Assembly: GCA_051362555.1 (NCBI GenBank)
Contig: CM120644.1
Location: 25,256,534-25,320,533 of the forward strand
Source of the DNA: Lingula anatina
Lineage: Eukaryota; Animalia; Brachiopoda
Direction of reading: 5' to 3'
DNA: 64,000 nt
In this document: positions 39,460 through 51,138 of the stretch, one piece after another
Layout: every line of letters starts with the position of its first letter
How positions within the stretch are numbered: the first letter of the stretch is position 1
The notes under the pieces: model-generated
The model's input: only the letters and a program-made list of their open reading frames with translations
Databases searched by the model: none
Told to the model about the DNA's origin: nothing
Position numbers and translations under genes: made by a program

Positions 39460-40387
39460 TATGATCACCTTCCTGTTATTCTATACTTCAGATGGTGTGT
39501 TCTCCTCTCCCTGCCCCAGTGAATGGACTCACACACCCTCAGTAGACCTATGATCACCTTCCTGTTATTCTATACTTCAGATGGTGTGTTCTCCTCTCCC
39601 TGCCCCAGTGAATGGACTCACACACCCTCAGTAGACCTATGATCACCTTCATGTTATATTATATACTTCAGATGGTGTGTTCTCCTCTCCCTGCCCCAGT
39701 GAATGGACTCACACACCCTCAGTAGACCTATGATCACCTTCCTGTTATTCTATACTTCAGATGGTGTGTTCTCCTCTCCCTGCCCCAGTGGATGGACTCA
39801 CACACCCTCAGTAGACCTATGATCACCTTCCTGTTATTCTATACTTCAGATGGTGTGTTCTCCCCTCCCTGCCCCAGTGGATGGACTCACACACCCTCAG
39901 TAGACCTATGATCACCTTCCTGTTATTCTATACTTCAGATGGTGTGTTCTCCCCTCCCTGCCCCAGTGGATAGACTCACACACCCTCAGTAGACCTATGA
40001 TCACCTTCCTGTTATTCTATACTTCAGATGGTGTGTTCTCCCCTCCCTGCCCCAGTGGATGGACTCACACACCCTCAGTAGACCTATGATCACCTTCCTA
40101 GCTGTTATTCTATACTTCAGATGGTGTGTTCTCCCCTCCCTACCCCAGTGGATGGACTCACACACCCTCAGTAGACCTATGATCACCTTCCTGTTATTCT
40201 ATACTTCAGATGGTGTGTTCTCCCCTCCCTGCCCCAGTGGATGGACTCACACACCCTCAGTAGACCTATGATCACCTTCCTGTTATTCTATACTTCAGAT
40301 GGTGTGTTCTCCTCTCCCTGCCCCAGTGGATAGACTCACAACCCCTCAGTAGACCTGTGATCACCTTCATGTTATATTCTATACTTA
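39460..40387 (+). repeat. Tandem array of about 10.3 x 89 bp; each unit carries a pyrimidine tract, CAG and a coding-like exon start (DGVFSSPCPSGWTHTPSVD)
   Basis: Units start at 39461, 39550, 39639 and so on to 40357; ttcctgttattctatacttcag|atggtg. Confidence 0.9.
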
Positions 40388-40676
40388 TAACAAATGTTTT
40401 TGTTATGTGTTTTGTTATATGCTATTATGACTAGCAACCCAAACTTGCCGCCATGTTCAATGACAGAAAGACACAATAAAATGAGGAATTATGCATATGC
40501 AGAGGCCATTGCGACTAGTTTGTATGGCCCCAAATAATAGCCTCAAAACTAATGGTGATTTCGCCATTAGCGCATGGTCGGGATTTGCAAGGCTTTCGAG
40601 ATATGGGATAGCGAGGAATTGCCATGCTTGCACCCGCACGCCATAAGCGAAGCTTTCGAGATAGGGGGCCCTGTTT

Positions 40677-42280
40677 CAGTCTGCGACGTTAAGCACTAGC
40701 CCGAGGCAATTGCCCACCTAAAGTGGCAACGGGCTAGTAAAAAAGTTGAAATTTTATAAAGCACTAGCCTGAACAGGCTAGTTGTAATTTTGAACCTATT
40801 TTAACACTCAGTAAGATTTCAAAAATATAAGTCGCCAGTCTTCTTTGTCTCTGCCTCTAATTTGACGTTTCTAGAATCTAGAAGATAGTAGTATGATATG
40901 CCTGTCAGTTGAAAAAAACTCACACCTAGCTCTAACTACTGAATATTGATTAGTTGCTATAAATAACTTCACTGTAGTTATTTATAGCAGCAGTCTGTCA
41001 GACAGTCTGATCAGCATGTCGGCATCTTTTTATTTGACCAGTTTGTTGTCATGACTACAAATTGCTGTCAATCAAGAAACTGGATCAGACCGGAATTCCT
41101 TAGTACTAGCAACAGGTTTTGTCAAAACAACACTGTCTCCGTAAGCAAGTGTTATCTCATAGAACATTTTGGTTAGGACCACTTAGCAGACTGAGGGGTG
41201 GAGTATTCTATCTCCTTTTTTGTTTATATTTTTTATGTATAATTTTAATATCCATGAGTAAATACATTTTCCTTTGCTTATTGCCTTTTAAAAACAATAA
41301 ATACCCTATGAACTATTCTTGACAATGTGGGATAGTTCGGTTTATGCCATGGCTACCCCTCCACACTTTGTCCTGGTAAAGTCCTTGAAAAGTTGTTTTT
41401 ACAAATATATAACCAAAAGAATTGTAACCAAAATTTTAATTACCCTTACAGCACTTATGTATTTTAAATTAGAAGTGGCATTATATACCAATGTAATTGG
41501 AAATAAATTGTCAGAAAATAGCCATTGTCAATAAAAAGAATAGGAATTAAAAAAAAAAGATTTTGATTGAATATAAAAAATGAAAAAAAAAAAGATATTA
41601 TAAAAATATGAAAAGGGTAACTATATTCAGTATTACAAATTTAGAAGAAAGAATTTTTTCAATATTCAAAGAATTAAATATATTTTTAATTAATTTTACC
41701 ACCCCATCAACTAGAAATTAACCTGATTGACATTGTTATTCACTTGCTCTGCTTCTGTAATAAGGTTTATAAGAAAGTACACTTAGTACAGTATGGTACC
41801 ACAACTCTTTACAACATCTGCTTAAACCTTTTAAATGATTATTTAAAGGGATAATAACTCTTCGTATGATATCTGTATTTCACAATAAAAACATAGTGAA
41901 CAACTCATAGAAATATAATATATATTCTGTTTTACCATGAAAACGGCAGTTATAGCTATTATCCTGATATCTGAGCTTGTCTTCAATCATGTGACCTCCA
42001 ATGATGGCTGTACTCTGTTATAATCTCTTAAGAGATTTTAACAAAAAACCAAACTTTTTAGAAAAAAACCAGGGACTAACTTTAAATGTAAAAATAGATT
42101 CATTAACCATTGGTAAGTATGGGAAAATTGTTGTTTACTCCAGGAAAATTCATTTTTTGGCCAAAACGAAGAGTTATTATCCCTTTAAATTGGGCTAGTG
42201 TTTTTTGGTCCGGGCTAGTAAAGTTTGAGAGTCTGCTAGCCCGAAGGACTAGTAGTCTAAAATGTTTTTGGCACCGACTG
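40677..42280. mobile_element. Putative non-autonomous hAT-like element
   Basis: CAGTC...GACTG termini flanked by a ctgttt direct repeat, with subterminal ctagccc motifs. Internal 41845-42190 resembles 38619-38960. Confidence 0.5.
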
Positions 42281-43621
42281 CTGTTTGTTTACAAAGGACA
42301 CAACAGATTGGTTTAAAGTTTGGTTAAAAGGATCTATGGAATATACCAAGACATTTTCTCTTACTTGTATCAAAGGATGAAGAATAAGTTCAAATGCATT
42401 TTAACATATGAAAACTGGAATGTAGTCCAGGTAACTCTTATGGCCTAACAGTACCTGTTAAAAGCCCCATGCATGGTACTTTTACCTACTATATAAGGTC
42501 CAGCCAGAAAACATATATAAGACCATCTCTTTTGAAAAAATCTGGAAATTTGATACTCCTCCAGTATTGCTCCTACAATGTTTGATATTTACACAGAATT
42601 TAACAACTGTGCATGAAAGTAGGGTAGACGAAATCTCCGGTTGATTTATATAGGCCCTATCATTTATTATTTATTTTTTTATTAACTATTTTTAATTTTT
42701 TCATTTTGTTTGTTTTCAGCTTTGATATCATTAACTTTTGCCACCGTTCACATTTTATGATGTTTCTGCCTTCTGTAATATTTCTCTTCAGACTTTCTTT
42801 GTCCTCGCAATCTTTGAGATGCATTGCTGAAATGCCAATAATTTGGTTTGTCATTAGTAGTCATTTCAATATGCTTTACAGGTAAAAATACCAAAGATGA
42901 TCAAATTATGTCTTCAAGGTAACTAAAATAAGAGGCATCTTAACCAACATTATTGTCTTGTTAGGCTTCATTCACATGCAATGTCTATTTTCTAAATTTT
43001 ATGATTTGCCTCATACAAAAGAACGCAGCAGTGCATGGAGATCAATATAATGACTTAACATAGTTGCCAAAGAGGGTGTCTGTTTCAAGCACATGAATCA
43101 ATTTAATGTGTCCCCCATTTTATTCCCATGCTTACTAAGTTTCAAACCTGCATGTTCTCATAATATGGTTTATGATGAAGGCATCATGGTCTGACATTGT
43201 TAGGGTGACAGTTAACCATGTATTAAACGGTTTCCGCAAGTACCAAACATGGATAGGGGCGAAAACTGACTTTGACAAATTTTAAAGGACTTGTCATCTG
43301 TGAAGTTAGCCACTGAATTTACTCTAAAGCCAAATATGCAAAGAACATAGTGCAAACATGTTGGAACAGCACCTGTATTTTAGGAGAATTGTTTATGAAC
43401 ATTTTAACCAGTGAAAACAGGAAAAGGGAGGGGGGGGGGGTTGACCTAGCTTAGAAAGCGACCAACTTCCATAAGCATAACACTGACTCTCAGTTAATGT
43501 TTTTTGTTTTGGTCACATTTAGTGAATTTATATATCCTCGACTACTCCAATAAACTGATATTTATATTTTTTGCCATGATGTGTTTTGATTTTGAATCTC
43601 ACTACTCCTCTCTTGTTTTAG

Positions 43622-44988
43622 GTGTGTCAGGCATACCAGACAGCGCTGGGACTGATTTCATGGTGATGTTCACTGAAAACAGAGTGAACGATCAACCCTT
43701 CCCATATAATACATCCAATATGACATTATATATAACCCCAATCGATGGAACCAAGGCTGTAACATTCAGCGTTTATTACATACTTCAAAATGATTTGATA
43801 AACATCACACGGACGATACCGGCAGGACCCAATACAGCCGCGTCTGTGTTGCTACCCTCAGACTTAGAGGTGAGGACTAGTGGAGTGATATCGAACTGCG
43901 GGATCCGTGTAGTGACTTCCGAAAAGATTTGTCTTTCTGCTATCAACAGGAAAGGCCATTCTTCCGACGGTTTTACAGCAATTCCAGTTTCAAAACTAGG
44001 CAAGCGGCACTATTCTGTCTCTTACTCCCGACCCCGTGTCTCAACACAGATGGGTTTGGTCGCTGTGGAGTATGACACGACCGTGACCATCACTGTTCAA
44101 AGATATGCCAAACTGACTTTTAATAGCATCTCATATTCAGGTGATCAGACGTTCAGTTTTACACTGAACGCCTTTCAAACCGTCTTGTTTGATGATGAGG
44201 TTTCGATGTCTGATTTGTCTGGAACGCTCATCGTTTCCTCCAAGCCAATTGGCGTTTTTAGTGGAAATAAAAGGACTAATGTTGGCTACGGAAGATTAAC
44301 GGAAGACCATTTGGTAGAGCAACTGCCTTCTGTAGAATACTGGGGGACTGAATTCATCGCAGTATCAACGCCCCTCCGCACCAGTGGAGATATCATTAAA
44401 CTTGTCCTCAGTGAACCCAAAACAATGGTAATGTGGTACGAACATTCAACTACCTCATCCATAACTTTACCTTTAGCTGGTAATTCAAGAGAATTTTATT
44501 TGAGTTCTCGTATAGTTAAGGATATAATGATCATTTCAAACAAACCCATAATGGTTGCCCAGATTATTCTTAGCAACAATGATAGATACCCTGAGCCGGG
44601 GGATACTTCCCTTACCATTCTCCCTCCCCTTTCTCAATACACCAACGCCTACAACTACGTCGTCCCTCGAATGACAGACCCGACAGATTTAAGCGAACCC
44701 AACAAGGGACCTTTCTTTTACTTTTTGACTATCATCATCGAGGACCAATACAAAGATGGTCTGCGGTTGAATGGTAGTGTTATTCCCGGACTTTTGTGGC
44801 ATTCTATACCTATCGTCCAAGGGAAGCCCAGAATGGTGGCCGTGTCCTTTGAAATTCAACAGAACAACATGAGATACACACTAACGAATGTCAACCCGAC
44901 CGCGATGTTCAGTGTCCTTCTGTACGGGGCTGGGGACAGGGAAAGTTACAATTACCCTCTAGGATTTAACCTCAATGTGCTGAACCCG
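43622..44988 (+). CDS. FCGBP-like protein, IgGFc-binding domain 1 (single large exon)
   Basis: Motifs DSAGTDFMVMFTEN, SSDGFTAIP, DLSGTLIVSSKPIGVFSGN, DHLVEQLP...WGTEF and ESYNYPLG. Splice sites ttttag| and |gtgagt. Confidence 0.92.
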
Positions 44989-45099
44989 GTGAGTAAATGA
45001 CACTGGATTTTTGTCCATGACATGTTTTAGTTGAGTTTGTTTTAAAAAAATGTCATTTTTTTCTAAATTCCAATAAAGCTGCTATTCAAACTTTTAATC

Positions 45100-46170
45100 T
45101 AGCTGTATAATTTTGATGCAACATTACATAATGCTTAACAGCACAATGACCAATTTTTTTTACAAAAAAAATAAAAGTATCATGGATATTCAGAAAATGT
45201 GATATGGGAAGGTCTTCTATACCATGGAAGTTCAGAGTCACACTTTTAAAATGCCAAAATGTAAACAAGAGATAGCTATTACTGAAAAATGGGATTATTT
45301 CCATTTACAACACCTTTTTCACATTAAGCAAAATAATCAATTTACTGTCATTTTTAAATGATCAACTAGGAAAACTGTTAACATAGGAAAAATATCAATA
45401 GAACAATTTTAAATGTCCAATTTGCTCCATTCAGAGATTCTGAACATTGTGAATGATTGAATCTGACAAACTGTTAAGATATGAGTTTATTTCCATTTTT
45501 GACACTTTATTACACAATACACAATAACAGGTTTGCCGTTATTTTTATATAATCAACTAACAATATTGTTAAGATGCAGAAAATGTCAAAAGAACAATTT
45601 ATCTAAAACTTATCTAAATTAGTTAAAAAATGAGACTGTTAACATGCCTGTAAAAACACTTGTATACATAAAAAAGGCATAACTTGTGGAAAAAAAGTGA
45701 AAAAAAAAAAAAAAAAACAGCATATACTTCCATAAAAATGGCATGATCATGCCAATTTTCGAACTTGACTTGTGTATTATAGATATTCATCAGATTTGTA
45801 AGTTTCAATCCAGAAGGAAAAACGGTTTTCCACTTACCATGTTATCGGTGTTGCATAAATGCTGAAAAAAATGGAAAAAACAGCATAACTTTTATAAATA
45901 TGGCCTGATCATGCTGATTTTTGAACTTGACCTGTGTATTATAGATATTCATCAGTTGTGTAAGATTTAAGCTAAAAGGTAAAACGGTTTTTCACTTATT
46001 GTGTTTACAGTGTTGCATATATGCTGAAAAAAGTGGGGAAAAAAACAGAATAACTTCCCTAAAAATGGCCCGATCTTGCTGATTTGCAAGCTTGACCTGC
46101 GTATTATAAATATTCATCAGTTCTGTAAGTTTCAAGCCAAAAGGTAAAATGTTTTTTCACTTATCGTGTT
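45100..46170 (-). repeat. Inverted copy of the 24445-26900 repeat family, including ~160-bp satellite units
   Basis: Reverse-complement similarity, e.g. aacttgacctgcgtattat and ggaaggtcttc. Confidence 0.75.
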
Positions 46171-46385
46171 TACGGTTAAAATGCACGGCAACGGCGACGA
46201 CAGACACGGGTGACGGCTATATGTACAGACACATCTGTGTCTGTACATAAAAAATGGCAGAATATGTTTCATGAAGATCAAGAGCATTAATTTTAGCATT
46301 ATTTCTATAGTTATAGACTTATTTTTATAAATTTCCTTGATTTTATGTAAATATACTAAATATTGTATTCATTCTGTCTTTTTAG

Positions 46386-46398
46386 CCTGCTCCAGAGG
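46386..46398 (+). CDS. 13-nt microexon (PAPE) linking the two IgGFc-binding domains
   Basis: tctgtctttttag|cctgctccagagg|gtaagt supplies the phase 0-to-1 shift needed between 44988 and 54138. Confidence 0.7.
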
Positions 46399-47083
46399 GT
46401 AAGTTTGCATCATGCCAGTAATTTATCTTTCTACTTTTTAATCAACTAATCTTTATAAAGACTTATACTATGTCAATATTCCTTAGCACACATATTTTAA
46501 AATCGTTTTTTTTTTTTTTTTTTTTTTTGCTCGGCGGCTGTAACTTTAGCATCGTGTAACACGTGTATCGATTATGACCCGGTTGAGACCGGATTGTGAG
46601 TGAAAAGTTGAAAAACTAGGAGAGAGGCCTATTGTTGTATGGGCTGCTATCTTCACTTGCATTTAAGAAAAAAATCCAGATAGAAAATACAAAAATCAAA
46701 ACTATAATCTTAAAACATACTTTGAAACCAAGGAGCTCCTAATTGTTTGAAACAGTGTTCATAAGTAAAACAGCAAACAAGGTTTGAGGGGATATGCGCA
46801 TTGTAATAACACACCTTCTTAGAGTTCCTTTTTCACCAGTAAGACAACTGAGACAGGCAGGTATGGTTTACTGCTACATGATTTATTCAGCTGACTGAAG
46901 ACTCAGGTCTCTGCTCTCTCTCCATCTCTGTCTGTGGTATCTATATCTCCCTAACTCTCTCCCTGTCACTGCTTTTATACAAAAACTTCATTTACATTTT
47001 AAATTAACTTCCATGATTGACATGCGTCATGCCATACCTTAAGACCTTAAAATTTAATTGCATCTGTCTACCTAACTCTCTCT

Positions 47084-47440
47084 ACTGACCATTACTACTA
47101 TGAGTAGTACTACTATTAATATTGCTATGGTCAGCCAGCTAGTACTAGCTAGTGACAAGTGGTAGTACTACTACTGCCCACTACTACTATGAGTAGTACT
47201 ACTATTAATATTGCTATGGTCAGCTGGCTTGTACTAGCCAGTGACAAGTGGTAGTACTACTACTGACCACTACTACTATGAGTAGTACTACTATTAATAT
47301 TGCTATGGTCAGCTGGCTAGTACTAGCCAGTGACAAGTGGTAGTAGTACTACTGACCACTACTACTATGAGTAGTACTACTATTAATATTAATTGCTGTG
47401 GTCAGCCGGCTAGTACTAGCCAGTGACAAGTGGTAGTACT
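47084..47440. repeat. 4 x 89-bp intronic tandem repeat (tactactatgagtagtactac)
   Basis: Units at 47084, 47173, 47262 and 47351; related pieces at about 48150 and 53145. Confidence 0.85.
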
Positions 47441-49149
47441 TTTAGACAGCAAGTTGACTAGTTTGGTGGGTTTAACAAAATGGTTTATTTCTGTACTCTG
47501 GTTACAATACTGTACTCAGTTCACTTCGTTCTCCTGTCTACAGCTTTCTCAATCTCTGCCTTCAACCTGGCACCTTTAGCTCGTGTTCCCTCAACTGCCT
47601 TCCTTCACTCCCATTCTCTCAACTGCCGGCTATGGTCAGTTCCTATATTTTTATCTATGTTACATGGAAGGTGGAGGCTGTCCAAATTTCTATTGGATAA
47701 CACTAGTTTTGATGGACAGGTGCCTTTGGTTACCTGACTTGTAATTACTTTAATTGTACTTAATTATGCCCGGTCTCCAGTGGACCTTCTACTTCAAGAG
47801 ACAGATAAACTGCTACATCCTGGAGTTACATACTGAACAGACTCATGCAAGAATTAATTACTAGTGTAATGTTGCACAAGTGCAATTAACCGGTTTGTCT
47901 AGATGCCAATCTGGCTGGCAAGTTTTCTTGTCTAACTCATCTGCCACATGGAGTGGTCACTTACTTGTTAATTACTGTGCCCGGTATCTCTGTTAAACTG
48001 ATTGCATCTGAAACCTGTTTACCTTGTTTTAGCCTAGTATATCTACACACCTGCATATGCATGCTTAATACGATGAACTATCAGTCTTCAGTATCTGTAT
48101 GTATTAAAGAATACATTGGAATTGATCTAAAATATAAATTTGTAAATAAACCGGCTAGTACTAGCCAGTGACAAGTGGTAGTACTACTACTGACCACTAC
48201 TACTATGAGTTCCTATAGGCTCCTTTAGGAAATCTTTTAGGAATTTCTGTAGGAACCTATAGGAAATCTAATGCTAATTCATATAGGGAATTTTTATAAG
48301 GCCGGGTTGAATGGAAAATAATGAATCTGGTTTAAATATCAGTATATGATTTTGATTTTTAATTTATGTTCAGACCATTAAAAAAATTCTATAGGATCCT
48401 ATAGGAAATCTTATAGGAAATCCTATGCTAATTCATAAAGGGTATTTTAATAAGGCCAGGTTGAATGAAAAATAATGAATCTGGTTTAAATATCAGTATA
48501 TGATTTTGATTTTTAATTTATGTTCAGACCATTACAAAAATTCTTATAGGATCCTATAGGAAATCTTATAGGAATTTCTATAGGAACATATAGGAAATCC
48601 TATGTTAATTCATATAGTGAATATTATAAGGCCAGGATGAATGAAAAATAATGAAACTGGTCTAAATATCAGTATATAATGTATTTTTTACTTTTTGTGT
48701 GATCATATTCACTTCATATTTCTTCTGTTATATTGAAAGTCAACCTTATCTAATCAGATTTTACTTGACCTTGGCTGTTTAAAAGTGAAAGTGCAATCCT
48801 GCCTAATATATAAAATATAATGTAAAAATAAGTGAACATTAAGGTATAGTACTGTCCCTCATAAAGGCTGGAAAATGAGGACAAATTAATATGTTTATAA
48901 AGATACATTTTATGCCCTATCACTTGTAAGGTTTAACAGTCAACTGATGTTAGCTAGAGAATGCCCTACTCCACCAGCCATAACCACAGATTCAACAGAT
49001 GTGAATTTCTTTTGTTAGCCTGGCACCTATTATTAGGTCACTACTCCTGTAGCTATTGTTACACTAGCAATAGTAACCGCCTATTAGGTGTTATCAGATG
49101 TGTGGTATCCTGTCTAAGTCTTTGTTTATATGAGACAAGCAGCAAATGC

Positions 49150-51138
49150 GTATATACGACTTGCATTATTCGAAAGGTGCGATGTGCGCATGGCCGGAAT
49201 TGTGCACTGCAGGGGTCAAAATAGTACCGGAAGCGTTGTTGACAGCGATAGGAACACATGATGGGAGCATAAGACATGCCGGGGGCGATATTAAACAAGC
49301 CATTTGAGGCGACAATGGTGCCGGAGTTTAACGTTGGTTAAAATGTAGAATGCTCACAAATCAGGCAAAAAAGAAGAGCTGATAAAAAAGGTATGTTACA
49401 CGATATTTTCCTAAGTACAAAACTCTCATGTGGTCATTATGTTATTATGTTCACCTGAGTCATTTATTGGGGAGATAAATCTGTCACCTGGTTCAGGCAA
49501 TTATCTGATACAATCTTTGAGGTGGGCTAGTGCACTGTACAGATAATAAGTACAAGCTCAATGTCAGTATCAGTGGATCTATCATTTGTTTCTTCTTCAT
49601 TATCTTTCTGTTCTGTATCCAGGTAGATTTCGGTTAAAAAAAATGACTAATCATGTCAATTTTCCGTTTTGTCATCAGTCTAATATGTATGTATGTAAAT
49701 AAATCACTGTTATAGATGAGGTGATGATGACTTTAACAATTATTTTCATGACTATGTTTTACTTGTTTTATAGCTGTAAACTGTACAGTGACGATAGAGA
49801 GAGAAACAAAATATTGGATCCAGACGGTGGAGTTTGGCAGAGAAAATTAGAAGTAGGCCTACCAGATTGAAGTTTGAATCAAGACAGTGGAGAATGCCCA
49901 AACCTTTTTTTTTTTTTTTTAATATTTGCCTATTAATAAATACAATTCAAGATTTCGTTTCACAATTTTATTTTGCATAAAATCAATGATGTGGCCTTGG
50001 AAATATCTTTCCAAGGTACCTTACGGTATTTCATGTTTTAAAATGCAATGTTTTAAACATTTTCTAGATATGTTCAAGTGCATTGTGATAATAAAAATGT
50101 GATATTTGGTAAATTGTTCTCTTTTTTGTTATTTGCATAAGTAATATCCGATTCAATACTCCTTCACAGTCAGGTTTTAACCTGGTTTTTTGTTTTACTC
50201 AGATCTAAGCAATGGCGATAACAATACTCTAAAACCAAAGTAAAACTAAAACCAGTTTTCATGCCATTTTTTTATACTGAGGTAATGTCAGGGTATAAAA
50301 AGTCATGAAAATTCTAAATTCCTCGTAGGTTTCAAGACCGATGTAAAATTTAACCATTTCAGGTTTGTTGTGCATAGACTTTATGCTGAAAGTGTGTTTG
50401 TCAACTTCCTCATGTGCTTTGGACAGTTGTTTCAGCATTTTATGTACTTTTCCTCTGTCACACTATTTCTTTATGCATCTTTTTTTTTTTTTTTTGCTCG
50501 TTGTAATTCCACTCTTGTTTCCGAAAGTTCAATTTCTAAAGATCCGATTTTCTGTTCTATACTGAAAATAATATGTTGTTTTTCCTTAACTGTCGTTAAA
50601 AGCACATCTGAGCCTGCATCTGATACAATGCATCGTGGTCTGTATTTGAGAAGCCATTTCGTCCTCGCTGTTCAACTTCCCACTCGCCGCCAGATTCACT
50701 AAAATTTGTTTTGGAGTTATCAACAGTTAAATGTCTTATAAATTTTCTTCTGGGCTTACAAATCTTCGATTCTTTGAGTGGAAATATAGTTGGTCTACCA
50801 CCCAAATACGATTTATTCCCTCCTTCAAAATGAGCACTACACTCACAGTGATGCTTGGCGGGCTCGAACTTACTAAATTTGCCTTCATTTCCCGCTCGTC
50901 CAATATTGTCAATCCATATACCTCTCTCTTTTGGGTCCTTGGGGAAAGCATAAAATGAAAAATTTCGATCTCGCTTCGTATTGTTGAAACAAACAGGCAC
51001 AAAACACATAGAACCGCCGAGAGGCATTTTATTTCTGTGTACAGAAATGGCGGCAACACAAGATAGGTCCCACTTCACCCACAGTGCATTGCGCTCAATA
51101 TCGAAAACGAGACGATTAATAATGCAAGTCGTATATAC
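49150..51138. mobile_element. Internally deleted ISL2EU-like transposon
   Basis: 21-bp TIR gtatatacgacttgcattatt. The minus strand carries a THAP domain and a VKFYIGLETYEEF remnant; the plus strand carries a SAP-like remnant (PGAIL...RWLKCR...SGKKEELIK) at about 49273-49390. Confidence 0.75.
50290..51027 (-). pseudogene. THAP-domain transposase N-terminus, frameshifted and truncated
   Basis: CFVPVC...FYAFPKD...W...CSAHF...PTIF is the C2CH THAP signature. Confidence 0.85.

Noticed and set aside
47084-47440. 89-bp repeat as another splice-junction array
   Set aside because: No convincing splice signal or coding frame, and no sequence similarity to the 89-bp array at 39460 despite the equal period.
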